Source of the DNA: Thermodesulfobacteriota bacterium
Lineage (GTDB): Bacteria > Desulfobacterota_D > UBA1144 > Nemesobacterales > UBA2774
Length of the DNA stretch: 64,000 bases
Direction: 5' to 3'
Assembly (NCBI GenBank): GCA_965216785.1
Contig: OZ244197.1
Span: 1,376,001 to 1,440,000, forward strand
The notes under the pieces: model-generated
Database searches by the model: none
Told to the model about the DNA's origin: nothing
Seen by the model: only the letters and a program-made list of their open reading frames with translations
Translations under genes and position numbers: made by a program
Part shown: positions 1-8,548 of the stretch, one piece after another
Numbering within the stretch: the stretch's first letter is position 1
How the letters are laid out: each line of letters starts with the position of its first letter

Positions 1-117
1 TATGCTGATGAATGAACGCTCCCTCAGCCCTTAAGCCCGGGGCGAGACTGTTCATGTTTAAATTTGTATGTACAATTATCTCTCCCGGGACTGCAGAGAG
101 GAGAAAAGATAAAGAAA

Positions 118-909
118 ATGGGACTCACTGTATATCAGGTAGACGCGTTTACATCAGAGCCCTTTAAGGGAAACCCCGCGGGAGTGTGCATTCTTGACGG
201 GCCCGCCGGGGAAGAGTGGATGCAAAGCGTAGCGCTTGAGATGAATCTTGCGGAGACCGCGTTTCTTTACCCTAGCGGGGAGCGCTATAAACTCCGCTGG
301 TTCACGCCCACGGTTGAGGTGGACCTGTGCGGTCACGCAACGCTCGCAAGCGCCCACGTGCTTTGGGAAACAGGACAACTCGGGCGTGAAAATAAAGCCG
401 AATTTGATACCAGGAGCGGGCTTCTTACTGCCTGGACTGAGAACGGCGCTATAGAGATGGACTTTCCGATGGATGAGAGTAAGGAGTGCGCCCTACCCGC
501 GGAGCTTGCGCGGGCGCTCGGGGTAAAACCGCTGTATACCGGAAAGGCGGCGTTTGACTATATACTCGAGCTTGAGTCAGAAAACGAAGTGCTTGAGCTA
601 AAACCCGACTTTGATTTGCTGAAAAAGGCTCCGATGCGGGGCGTGATGGTTACGAGTGTGTCCTCGTCAGATAAGTATGATTTCGTCTCCAGGTTTTTCG
701 CTCCGGGATCGGGCATAGACGAAGACCACGCCACGGGCTCCGCGCACTGCTGCCTCGGCCCTTACTGGGAAAAGCGTCTCGGAAAGAGCGGTCTCAGGGC
801 GTATCAGGCCTCGCCGAGGGGAGGGGAGATTCTCGTGCGCACAGAAGGCGAAAGGGTAGTCCTTGGCGGAAATGCCGTCACAGTGCTTAAGTGCGAGCTT
901 TTGGTCTAA
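118..909 (+). CDS. PhzF family isomerase/epimerase
   Basis: Motifs YQVDAF..GNPAGV, EMNLAETAF, EVDLCGHATLA, EDHATGSAHC. ATG at 118 preferred over the TTG at 64. Confidence 0.9.
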   Translation: MGLTVYQVDAFTSEPFKGNPAGVCILDGPAGEEWMQSVALEMNLAETAFLYPSGERYKLRWFTPTVEVDLCGHATLASAHVLWETGQLGRENKAEFDTRSGLLTAWTENGAIEMDFPMDESKECALPAELARALGVKPLYTGKAAFDYILELESENEVLELKPDFDLLKKAPMRGVMVTSVSSSDKYDFVSRFFAPGSGIDEDHATGSAHCCLGPYWEKRLGKSGLRAYQASPRGGEILVRTEGERVVLGGNAVTVLKCELLV

Positions 910-1015
910 GCGTTAGTTCCTCACCCTTAGAAAAAGGGAGATGGATAATGAAAACCGCGCTTGAAAATCCCGCAGAATAGTTCATAATAATTCCCCTGTT
1001 CGACGACACTAATTA

Positions 1016-1090
1016 GGCGGCGTAGCCAAGTGGTAAGGCAGCGGTCTGCAAAACCGCAATGCCCCGGTTCGAATCCGGGCGCCGCCTCCA
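1016..1090 (+). tRNA. tRNA-Cys(GCA)
   Basis: GGCGGCGTAGCCAAGTGGTAAGGC...GCGGT-CTGCAAA-ACCGC...GGTTCGAATCC...GCCGCC-T-CCA forms a cloverleaf with anticodon GCA. Confidence 0.97.
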
Positions 1091-1102
1091 AATTTCCTCA
1101 AT

Positions 1103-1588
1103 TTAATACGGTTTCCATTGTCCCCCGCAGGCCACGTTGCCAGCTGAAGTAGTGCGGCAGTCCTTTGCCATACCTCCGCAGGCGACCTCTCCTTTACTGG
1201 TAGTTCTGCAATCTTTTGCCTTACCTCCGCAAGCTACATTTCCGGCGGACGTGGTGCGGCACTCCTTGGCAAGCCCGCCGCATGCTACGTTACCGGCTGA
1301 GGTGGTCCTGCACTCTTTCGCAAGCCCGCCGCATGCTACATTACCAGCAGACGTTGTGCGGCACTCGGTAGCCATACCTCCGCAAGCGACCTCGCCTTTA
1401 CTGGTAGTCCGGCACTCTTTGGCCAGCCCCCCGCAGGCTACTTTCCCGTCTGAAGTAGTTCTACAGTCCTTTGAGCCGCAGAACACCAGCCCCTCTTTTA
1501 TTACGCACTCGTTGGCCGATGTAAGCCCGGGAGCGAAAAATAATACGGCTAGTGCTGTAAGACATCCTATTCTGATAAATGTGATCAT
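1103..1588 (-). CDS. Secreted Cys-rich tandem-repeat protein (7 x 17-aa CRTTSxGxVACGGxAxE/D)
   Basis: GGAGG RBS before the ATG at 1588; signal peptide ending ...PGLTSA; repeats conserved in protein with synonymous variation in DNA. Confidence 0.8.
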   Translation of the reverse strand: MITFIRIGCLTALAVLFFAPGLTSANECVIKEGLVFCGSKDCRTTSDGKVACGGLAKECRTTSKGEVACGGMATECRTTSAGNVACGGLAKECRTTSAGNVACGGLAKECRTTSAGNVACGGKAKDCRTTSKGEVACGGMAKDCRTTSAGNVACGGQWKPY

Positions 1589-1770
1589 AATGGTGCTTCC
1601 TCCTTGGGGAATAAGGTAAAAGATAAGGAGAGGCATTACCACTAATATTCTGTTAATTCTCTCGACCCCGAAAAAAGCCTGTGGCAGATACGCCTGCTTA
1701 GGGTGAGGTATTTGGAGAGGGTGAGGGATAATGGCACTGATGGGGGCAGACCCACTTGTAATAAAGATAC

Positions 1771-1800
1771 AAAAAAAGGGAGCCGAAGCTCCCCTTTTTT
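1771..1800. terminator. Bidirectional intrinsic terminator
   Basis: AAAAAAAGGGAGCCGAAGCTCCCCTTTTTT hairpin flanked by A and T runs, downstream of the minus-strand operon. Confidence 0.8.
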
Positions 1801-1864
1801 ATAATCGATTGCTCTCTTGATAAACGCACTGAATTACTAAATTAAAAAGCCCAATAAGAAGCGG

Positions 1865-2305
1865 TTAGTGCTTGCATTCCCCCACGGAGCCGGGTTTGCA
1901 CTGCTGGCCGTTAACCCAGTATGTATTGTCGAACCGGGCGCCGTTTAGCTTTGCGCCTCCTATAAGTGACTTTGTCATATAGGCGGACGTAACGTTCGCG
2001 TTTTCAAAATTCACTCCCTGAAGGTTTACGCCCAGTATTGAAGCTCCGTCTAGATTGGCCCCGGATAAATTAGCGCCTTCAAGGTTAGCGTGTGACAGAT
2101 TTGCCCCTGCCAGGTTTGCTTTGCTTAGGTCCGCATCTTTCAAATATGACCCCATCTTATTACATCCCTGCCAGTCAACGCCCGGAGCCGGAGGATCGTC
2201 ACAAGTTGCGAGGGCGGCGGATGAAACCGATAAAACTAATAGGGAAGCGAGCAATGCTCTTTTAATAAACCACAAATAATTTTCGTTCATTATCATAGTC
2301 CTCAT
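1865..2305 (-). CDS. Exported pentapeptide-repeat protein
   Basis: A(D/N)LxG repeats (ADLSKANLAGANLSHANLEGANLSGANLDGA), signal peptide, Cys caps (CDDPPAPGVDWQGC; CKPGSVGEC). Start may be a few codons later. Confidence 0.85.
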   Translation of the reverse strand: MRTMIMNENYLWFIKRALLASLLVLSVSSAALATCDDPPAPGVDWQGCNKMGSYLKDADLSKANLAGANLSHANLEGANLSGANLDGASILGVNLQGVNFENANVTSAYMTKSLIGGAKLNGARFDNTYWVNGQQCKPGSVGECKH

Positions 2306-2354
2306 TTATATAGACTTAGATGCGATCTATAAAAATAGAGGTGCATAGGCGCTC

Positions 2355-3212
2355 CTACTTTGGTTTATTTCCCGGCCACATAACCGCCCTCACGCTGCCC
2401 TCCAGGATCTGGGGCATTTTATAGTCGGGGTAGAGCGTCTTCATTTTTTTTACAGCCTCATCGATAGTTTCAGAATTATTAACCGTTTCCTGAAAATTGA
2501 GTAGATATTCCACAGCCCGATCTAGAATATCCGCGCCGCCCGCCGGCCCGTGCCCGGGATAGACTTTGGAAATAGGGCCGATAGCGCGGATTTCGCTTAG
2601 CTGCCCGAGCCATTTCTCGACATTGTTCTCTCCGACCCACATGTGAACGCCGCCGCTTGCCAGGTCGCCTACGAACAAAGTTTGTGAGGAAGGGATGTAA
2701 ACGACCGTATTTTCAACACTCTCGCCGCCTTTGAATATCCTGTAGGTAATTTGAACGTCCTCAAGTTTTAACTCTCCGTTTTGCAGCACTGTCAGATCAC
2801 TAAAAGCCTGCCGCTTATCGTCAGAGCCTGTCCAGTACTTAGAGGTATTCCTGACGCCCGCTATAGTCTCTGGGCCCCCGGTTATTTCGGCGCCCCCGAA
2901 CTCCTTTCCTATAAACTCAAGGCCGTAGTAGTGGTCCGGGTGAGGGTGAGTGATAATTATCCCGACCAGCTCTTTCCCGGTTGATTTGATTAACTCTCCG
3001 ACCTTCTTTCCCTCAGCCGGGGAAAACTGGGCGTCTATTAAAATCGCCTCATTCTCTCCAATAAGGATGTGGGAATTACTCATAAACCCTTCAGCAGGTG
3101 CTGCGTAGGTGATTACAGAGAATTCGGGTCCAGAATCGGTTTGAGCTTCCAGTGCCGCTGTAGAATAAGAGATAGCAGAAAATAAGAGAAAAACAGCTGC
3201 AAAGATAGGCAT
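2355..3212 (-). CDS. Exported MBL-fold metallo-hydrolase
   Basis: THPHPDH (HxHxDH), LFVGD and YPGHG motifs; signal peptide from the ATG at 3212. Confidence 0.85.
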   Translation of the reverse strand: MPIFAAVFLLFSAISYSTAALEAQTDSGPEFSVITYAAPAEGFMSNSHILIGENEAILIDAQFSPAEGKKVGELIKSTGKELVGIIITHPHPDHYYGLEFIGKEFGGAEITGGPETIAGVRNTSKYWTGSDDKRQAFSDLTVLQNGELKLEDVQITYRIFKGGESVENTVVYIPSSQTLFVGDLASGGVHMWVGENNVEKWLGQLSEIRAIGPISKVYPGHGPAGGADILDRAVEYLLNFQETVNNSETIDEAVKKMKTLYPDYKMPQILEGSVRAVMWPGNKPK

Positions 3213-3270
3213 AGCGTATCTATCTAAATTACACCTATCCTCACAGCAATATAGCCAACAGGTCAATGTT

Positions 3271-3624
3271 CTAGTTTACAAAAAGTACCCAGCCGGTTTG
3301 CTCGTTCCCCTGAACTTTACCAGCGATTTTCACATTAACTCTGTTGGGGTTTTGCTCAATCTTCATAAGACCATCCTGAAGCCCCTGGAGTACATAAACC
3401 TTGTCTCCACTCACTAATAAATGCTGATGTGGTGGTAATGTGTCACACGCATGAGTGGCGATTACCGGTTTGACTGTGCCTTTGGCATAATCCGGGATCA
3501 GGCAAATTACGTTCCCCTGTATAGTCGTGGTAGCTTCCTCATCAGCATAACTAGCTGTCCCAGCAAAAAGAACAAATGAACCTATAATCATCAAAGACAA
3601 AAACATTGTTTTAAATCCACGCAT
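3271..3624 (-). CDS. Exported hypothetical protein
   Basis: GGAGG RBS, signal peptide (...ASYA), two Cys and a His cluster (HACDTLPPHQH), co-oriented in the operon. Confidence 0.7.
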   Translation of the reverse strand: MRGFKTMFLSLMIIGSFVLFAGTASYADEEATTTIQGNVICLIPDYAKGTVKPVIATHACDTLPPHQHLLVSGDKVYVLQGLQDGLMKIEQNPNRVNVKIAGKVQGNEQTGWVLFVN

Positions 3625-3720
3625 AATTTAGCCTCCTAAAACTGTATTTTGTATGTTTAAGCGCTAAAAAAATTATTAGCAACTCTTAGGACTGACTCTG
3701 TTCCTGTACAAGCTGAAAAA

Positions 3721-4269
3721 TCATTTTTTTAGTACCGGATAACCTTCTATATAGATCCAATCGGTTTGCTTTGCCGGTACGTGACAGCCAAGGCAATCCT
3801 TTTTATAGTCCGTTGCCACATCCTTGGAAGGGTCCTTGGCGTAATAAAGAGCCCATCCCCATCCGTCCCCCCATTTCGGGTTGTCCGGGAACCTGCCTTT
3901 TTCGTCTTTCACCATGACGAACCACAGAACGATATCCTTGGCGTGGAGCACCCCCTTTCCCGTAGTCATATCCTGGACGCCTTCCGAGAGTACTTCTTTT
4001 ACCAACACCGCTCCGTCAGGGAATTTCCCGTTCTTTTTATAACTCTCGGCAACCCCGGGCTCGGTGTATACGTTGTGTATGCCGCTCTCCCTGTCCTCGG
4101 GGTGTACCCAGGAGCCCAGGTAAGTCCATTTTTCCCTAAAATCCGCCGGTCGGGTGATGTTGCCTTCAGAGTCCACATAAGGTGAGAATGATCCATTCTC
4201 ATCCGCCTGTGCGGAAATCATCAGTCCGAATGTAAATAAGGCTGCAAACATTAATAAAAAACTGTTCAT
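3721..4269 (-). CDS. Cytochrome P460 family protein (divergent copy)
   Basis: Signal peptide; P.DFREKWTYLGS, HNVY, FPDGAVLVKE, VMVKD, GDGWGW; C-terminal CLGCH haem motif. Confidence 0.88.
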   Translation of the reverse strand: MNSFLLMFAALFTFGLMISAQADENGSFSPYVDSEGNITRPADFREKWTYLGSWVHPEDRESGIHNVYTEPGVAESYKKNGKFPDGAVLVKEVLSEGVQDMTTGKGVLHAKDIVLWFVMVKDEKGRFPDNPKWGDGWGWALYYAKDPSKDVATDYKKDCLGCHVPAKQTDWIYIEGYPVLKK

Positions 4270-4315
4270 GTACGACTCCCTTTATTTGTTTTGATTTCAC
4301 CGCCCGCACAACCGA

Positions 4316-4945
4316 TCACCTGCACGGACGCATTGCGCGCGCGTGGAGAGCGTGGATCTTTTTACTGCTGTTGAGCACGAGGCCGTCGAAAAAATTCACG
4401 GTCCAGGCATTTTGTGTAATGATTACGCTTGGAGTAGAAGTCCAGTAGTAGGTCGTTGCCATTTCTCCGTGAACACTGCTCGCTGGACGAAACGAGCCGT
4501 AGTCCACGATGCTCTGCAGCTCCTTTACATCCGGTATACACCAGTCTCTGTGTCCGGTGAAACCACATTTCTCACCTTTAGCGCAGTCTTCGTCGCTTTT
4601 ACACTCTGTTGCGCCTTCTCCCTCGCACGTGCTGTTAAGCGCTCTCAGAAAAACCTCAAACAGAGTGCCGTCGGGCTCTGAATCACTTTCCTCTCTCTGC
4701 GTCCATGTATATGTGTTGTCCACGTCGTGGACGCTTTCATCGTCTGTTTTAATCTCCCAGACAATCTTCGTTTTCTCATCCGTAAACGTTCCGTCTCCGT
4801 TGTCCTTGTAATGCTCCGCCGGGCCGTACCTTTCCAAGCCAAACGCATCTGGGATGAAAAACCCGGAGTAAAGAAAGTGACACACCGAAATGCAGATTAA
4901 GCCTAAAAAAAGCGGCAGCGATATTTTAAAAGAAAGCTTCTTCAT
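4316..4945 (-). CDS. DUF1566 (Lcl C-terminal-like) domain protein
   Basis: DNGDGTFTD.KT.IVWE, DW.IP.VKELQSIVD, YWTST, AWTVNFFDG motifs; N-terminal hydrophobic segment. Confidence 0.8.
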   Translation of the reverse strand: MKKLSFKISLPLFLGLICISVCHFLYSGFFIPDAFGLERYGPAEHYKDNGDGTFTDEKTKIVWEIKTDDESVHDVDNTYTWTQREESDSEPDGTLFEVFLRALNSTCEGEGATECKSDEDCAKGEKCGFTGHRDWCIPDVKELQSIVDYGSFRPASSVHGEMATTYYWTSTPSVIITQNAWTVNFFDGLVLNSSKKIHALHARAMRPCR

Positions 4946-5058
4946 TTAGCTCCTACTCCTCAAAAGTGGATAGGCGGCAATGAATCGCCTCGCAAATAAC
5001 CCACCTGAAAAGGAGATTTAATTACCCGGTAATAGCTGTGTCTGCGGTAATCATGCCT

Positions 5059-5670
5059 CTATTTCTTTTTCACTGCCGCCTTTGCCGCTCTTAGAACAGG
5101 ATAGAATTGTGTGAATACCCAGTCCTCACCCGCAGTTGCCTGATGACAGGCGTTGCAAGACGCCGTTGGCTGCAATTTGCCGGATTCGGGGTAGGGAGGC
5201 GGTTTATGGCTGAATGAGAAATACACCCAGTTCCCGGGCTCGTCGGGATAGCGTTTTTTACTTTTATACGCGGCTTCGAGTCCGATGAAATCACCTTCAA
5301 AAAAGCCGTTTCCGCTAGAGGCTTTTGTTGCCCCAACGCTCACAAGCTCCTTAATCAGCAGAGTCCCTTCGGGGAATTCCCCTGTTTTTGAATAATGATC
5401 AAAGCTATTTGGGTCCATGTAGACATTGTGAAACTCTGGGAAGGGCGCTTCGGGCGGATTGAGCGAGTTCGGAGTAACGGGAGTGCCTACGTATATCCAC
5501 TTCCTCCACTCATAATCCTTGGGCTGAATCAGATTCCCATCCTTATCGAACTTGGCGTGTTCTTTAGCCTCCGCTTGAGGCTGGGCAAGAATCATCATGC
5601 TAAGAAGAAGTATTAAGGACGCGCATGCCAGTACGCTTACAAACAAATACTTTGATCTCAAATTTAACAT
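5059..5670 (-). CDS. Cytochrome P460 (Nitrosomonas CytL-like)
   Basis: W.YVGTPVTPN.LN..APF, TGEFPEGTLLIKELVSVG, GNGFF.GDFIGLEA, EPGNW, CNACH, VFTQFYPVLRAAK closely match the N. europaea P460 sequence as recalled. Confidence 0.92.
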   Translation of the reverse strand: MLNLRSKYLFVSVLACASLILLLSMMILAQPQAEAKEHAKFDKDGNLIQPKDYEWRKWIYVGTPVTPNSLNPPEAPFPEFHNVYMDPNSFDHYSKTGEFPEGTLLIKELVSVGATKASSGNGFFEGDFIGLEAAYKSKKRYPDEPGNWVYFSFSHKPPPYPESGKLQPTASCNACHQATAGEDWVFTQFYPVLRAAKAAVKKK

Positions 5671-5955
5671 CTGACACCTCCTAAAAAAGATTTTTTAGAA
5701 AATCTTATTTGACGGTGAGTATCAAACCTAAATCCAGTATTTATACAAAGTATCTACATTCCGATTCGAATTTTAGTTTCTATTGAAATAGTGTTAGAGA
5801 CTCGTAAGAGCAGAGCTTGAAAACCGACCTAGAAATTGAGACCCGCCGTGGCTCAAATTCTTAGCTCTCCTTAATATTAGGATCACTAACTAATTTTGAC
5901 GATAACATATTGACATATTCAAATCAAGGGTTTTTAAATAGTGATGGGGAATTAT

Positions 5956-5987
5956 AAAAAAGGGGCGAAAGTCCCGCGCCCCTTTTT
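5956..5987. terminator. Intrinsic terminator of the 8070-6053 operon
   Basis: AAAAAAGGGGCG-loop-CGCCCCTTTTT hairpin. Confidence 0.75.
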
Positions 5988-6052
5988 GTAGTCGATTGCT
6001 CTCTTGATAAACGCGCCGAATCGCGGAAAGCCCGCGCCGAACCCCGGCAGGA

Positions 6053-6406
6053 TTATTTTGCTACGGTGATCTGCGCTTTCATATTCGGATGATAGCGGCA
6101 GAAATATGTTTCATACATGCCTTTTTTAACAACTGTCTGCCACTTTCCTTCCGCCTCGATGAGTCCCGAGTCCCAGCTCTCGTCATCGGCTGTCACCGTA
6201 TGCGGGATAAAATCGTAGTTTATCCATGTGATTGTGTCGCCGGGCGTTACGGTCAGCTCCTTGGGAGAGAACTCCAGGTTTCGTATCTCGACCACGTGCT
6301 CCTTTGCTACGGAGTCACCAGCCGCAGGGGGCTGGACGGGCATTGATAATAGGACTGCGGCCGCAATCGCAACCACAGTCCTAAGTGAGGATGATAGTAT
6401 GCTCAT
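6053..6406 (-). CDS. Cupredoxin (amicyanin/plastocyanin-like blue copper protein)
   Basis: F.P.EL.V..GDTITWIN, PHTVT and YFCRYHPNM provide the His/Cys/His/Met type-1 Cu ligands. Signal peptide; ATG at 6406 right after the upstream stop. Confidence 0.9.
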   Translation of the reverse strand: MSILSSSLRTVVAIAAAVLLSMPVQPPAAGDSVAKEHVVEIRNLEFSPKELTVTPGDTITWINYDFIPHTVTADDESWDSGLIEAEGKWQTVVKKGMYETYFCRYHPNMKAQITVAK

Positions 6407-6407
6407 T

Positions 6408-6968
6408 TTATTTGTTGACCGCATCGACCATATTCTGGGCATGCTGCTCGTGGCTTTTGAAGATTACGATAGCCTGACCGAAGAGCTCTTTCATCTGAGG
6501 GTTTTGAATGTTGGGGATGAACGTGCCCTCAACTAAAGAGTTAACGGCCTGATGGTAGGCAAGCTCGTTCTCCGCATATCTCTTATCGAACTCAGCTCCA
6601 CTCAAAGCGCTCATCTCTTCTACAAGCTGGTCAGCCTGCTTGTTCAGGTTCTGGCTCAAGAAGTTGTCCTGAGGCTGTGCGCCCAGTTTCTGTAAAAGCG
6701 CGAGGGCCTGCTCGTTAACGCCGGTGTGGTCGCGCACCATGGTCTCGGCAAACTCTATCACGACCGGGTTCTTTGACTTAGCCAGCGCCAAATGCGCGTA
6801 GCGGATGTCGATGTTGTCCGCCGTATAGGCTACGTGCGCTATCTCAAGGTCGTTAAGGTCCGCAGGGGACGGAGCCTTGTCGGCCGATGCAGAGATGGAA
6901 GCTGCGGCAAAGATAATAGCCACTGCCAAGAAAGCGAAAACTGATCTAATAATAGTTTTCTTACTCAT
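6408..6968 (-). CDS. DUF4142 ferritin-like exported protein
   Basis: LNDLEIAH, FAETMVRDH, LSGAEFDKRY..NELAYH motifs; signal peptide. Confidence 0.85.
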   Translation of the reverse strand: MSKKTIIRSVFAFLAVAIIFAAASISASADKAPSPADLNDLEIAHVAYTADNIDIRYAHLALAKSKNPVVIEFAETMVRDHTGVNEQALALLQKLGAQPQDNFLSQNLNKQADQLVEEMSALSGAEFDKRYAENELAYHQAVNSLVEGTFIPNIQNPQMKELFGQAIVIFKSHEQHAQNMVDAVNK

Positions 6969-7025
6969 AGTTGTTACTACCTCCTAAGTGTTATTGGTTA
7001 AACAACTTGATGTCGTACCAAAATA

Positions 7026-7487
7026 TCAGAGATCCGCCGGGTTTTTGTCTTTAATTCCTGGCCAGTTCTGATCGGCTTTGACGATGTTTCCGGGGATGTC
7101 TTCAAACCACATTTTCTGAATGTTTCTGTCTAGGTTCAAGTAGAGCTTACCGTCAACTATCTTCCAGACTTCGGGGTCGCCTACGAACTTCTTATTGACT
7201 GAAACACCGAAAGCGCAGTATCCGCCGTACGCGGGGAGATACTTCTCCGGGTTCTTCTCAAACGCCTTTTTATTTTCCTCGTTTGCGAAAAGGTAAGTAA
7301 CACCGTCTACGACCACGAGGTTGTTGCCGTCGCCCCTCACTGGTTTTCCTTCCGTGTGGTAGGAAACGAGGTCGTATCCGAGCACGCCCGTGGTGCTAGT
7401 TTCAACGCCCGCTGCAAATGAGTCAGCGGCCCAAAAGCTAACTGCTACTACAAATACCGTTAATATTAAAGATTTGATTCTGTTCAT
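7026..7487 (-). CDS. YHS domain-containing exported protein
   Basis: GYDLVSY, YLFANEEN..F..NPEKYLPAYGGYCAFGV, DP..WKIVDGKLYLN, ADQNWP. Confidence 0.88.
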   Translation of the reverse strand: MNRIKSLILTVFVVAVSFWAADSFAAGVETSTTGVLGYDLVSYHTEGKPVRGDGNNLVVVDGVTYLFANEENKKAFEKNPEKYLPAYGGYCAFGVSVNKKFVGDPEVWKIVDGKLYLNLDRNIQKMWFEDIPGNIVKADQNWPGIKDKNPADL

Positions 7488-7551
7488 GATAATCTCCTTA
7501 TAAGTTTATTTTTCGGAGAGGTTTACTCCCCTATACCTTTTAAATCTCTAC

Positions 7552-8070
7552 TTACACATATCTGATGTGGTACTTCTCTGAGAGCGCATCGATTTGTTCC
7601 TGAGTGGGCTCGCCTTTTGCGTAAAGTGCGGCCATCTCGACGAAGTAGTTATCGAACTGCCCCGGCAGTATGGTGTCTATAACGATGCTAGGCTTGTCGC
7701 CTACGTTTGTGAAGCCGTGGGATATCCCGCGCGGCAACAGCGCCGTAACGCCCGGAACCGCAAGCATGGTCTGATCGCCGAGGGATACCTCGATCTCGCC
7801 CTCGAGCACGTACACGAGCTCGTCTTCGTTCTCGTGTACGTGGGAAAGGACTCCCTTGCCCGGAGGGGTTACGATCTGGATCACCGAAAATACGTTATTG
7901 GTATCCTGGCTCTTCACCTTGTGTATGAAGTCGCCGCCCGCTATGTTTAGCACGTCGCCGCCGTCCGGTACTACAATGATGGGGTCCTGCGTGAAGGAGT
8001 TTCCTTCCCCGTCTACAAAGTAGACGCTGTCCTTTGCTTCAGCTGGATTGTTTACTGACATGTTTATCAC
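7552..8070 (-). CDS. Cupin domain protein (quercetinase-like)
   Basis: HVHENEDE..YVLEG and LPRGISHGF cupin motifs. Confidence 0.85.
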   Translation of the reverse strand: MINMSVNNPAEAKDSVYFVDGEGNSFTQDPIIVVPDGGDVLNIAGGDFIHKVKSQDTNNVFSVIQIVTPPGKGVLSHVHENEDELVYVLEGEIEVSLGDQTMLAVPGVTALLPRGISHGFTNVGDKPSIVIDTILPGQFDNYFVEMAALYAKGEPTQEQIDALSEKYHIRYV

Positions 8071-8131
8071 CTCCTAGTGATAATTTATGACGTTTGGATT
8101 TTGAGATCGTCATAATCATGCCCTCTATAAG

Positions 8132-8148
8132 TACAAGAGCCGTGCCAA
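8132..8148 (-). promoter_or_regulatory. Sigma-54 (-24/-12) promoter
   Basis: Minus strand reads TTGGCACGGCTCTTGTA, ~60 bp upstream of the cupin gene; GT instead of GC at -12. Confidence 0.7.
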
Positions 8149-8305
8149 GAGGCGCGCGGTTTGTGAAAAGCGGGTGTAACACCCCTTCATCATTCAGTAT
8201 TGTGTCGGTCCGGAGGTGAGTCTGCCAAGCTGAGGTACACGGTGGCCGTTACGGAATATCACAACGTACCGATATGCCACGACTTGGCGGGTGGGTGGAG
8301 GGAAA

Positions 8306-8548
8306 GCAGGATAAAATAAAGATAGCGATTGCCGGAGAGATCCAGAATCAAGTTCAGGACATGGTCCGGGATGACAAGTAGTGCTGGTGCCCGGGGCCGG
8401 ACTCGAAGCGGCGGGGGGCAGAGGCGAGCGCTTTATAGCGATGCCTGCAGGATAAAATAAAGATAGCGATTGCCGGAGAGATCCCGAATCAAGTTCAGGA
8501 CATGGTCCGGGATGACAAGTGGTGCTGGTGCCCGGGGCCGGACTCGAA
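8306..8548. repeat. 102-bp direct repeat (8306-8407 / 8447-8548) including the tRNA-Leu 3' end
   Basis: Two copies, period 141 bp, 2 mismatches. Each holds TTCGAGTCCGGCCCCGGGCACCA (minus strand) plus a REP-like GTCATCCCGGA...GATCTC palindrome. Confidence 0.9.

Noticed and set aside
1103-1588. RiPP precursor with a dedicated maturase cluster
   Set aside because: It has a Sec-type signal peptide, and no radical SAM, YcaO, LanM or peptidase-transporter gene is adjacent.
1137-1619. Plus-strand 160-aa repetitive ORF
   Set aside because: Antisense shadow of the Cys-repeat gene; the minus-strand ORF has the RBS and signal peptide.
1805-1827. SAM-I riboswitch suggested by TTATCAAGAGAG on the minus strand (also 5992-6014)
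   Set aside because: The downstream P2-P4 conserved elements are missing, and the motif lies directly before a terminator at the 3' end of operons.
7026-7487. Selenoprotein form of the YHS protein
   Set aside because: The motif has an ordinary Cys codon (GGYCAFG); there is no in-frame TGA.
1103-8070. Integron cassette array (many small co-oriented genes)
   Set aside because: No integron integrase and no convincing attC sites (RYYYAAC...GTTRRRY with paired arms); the genes have their own promoters and terminators.
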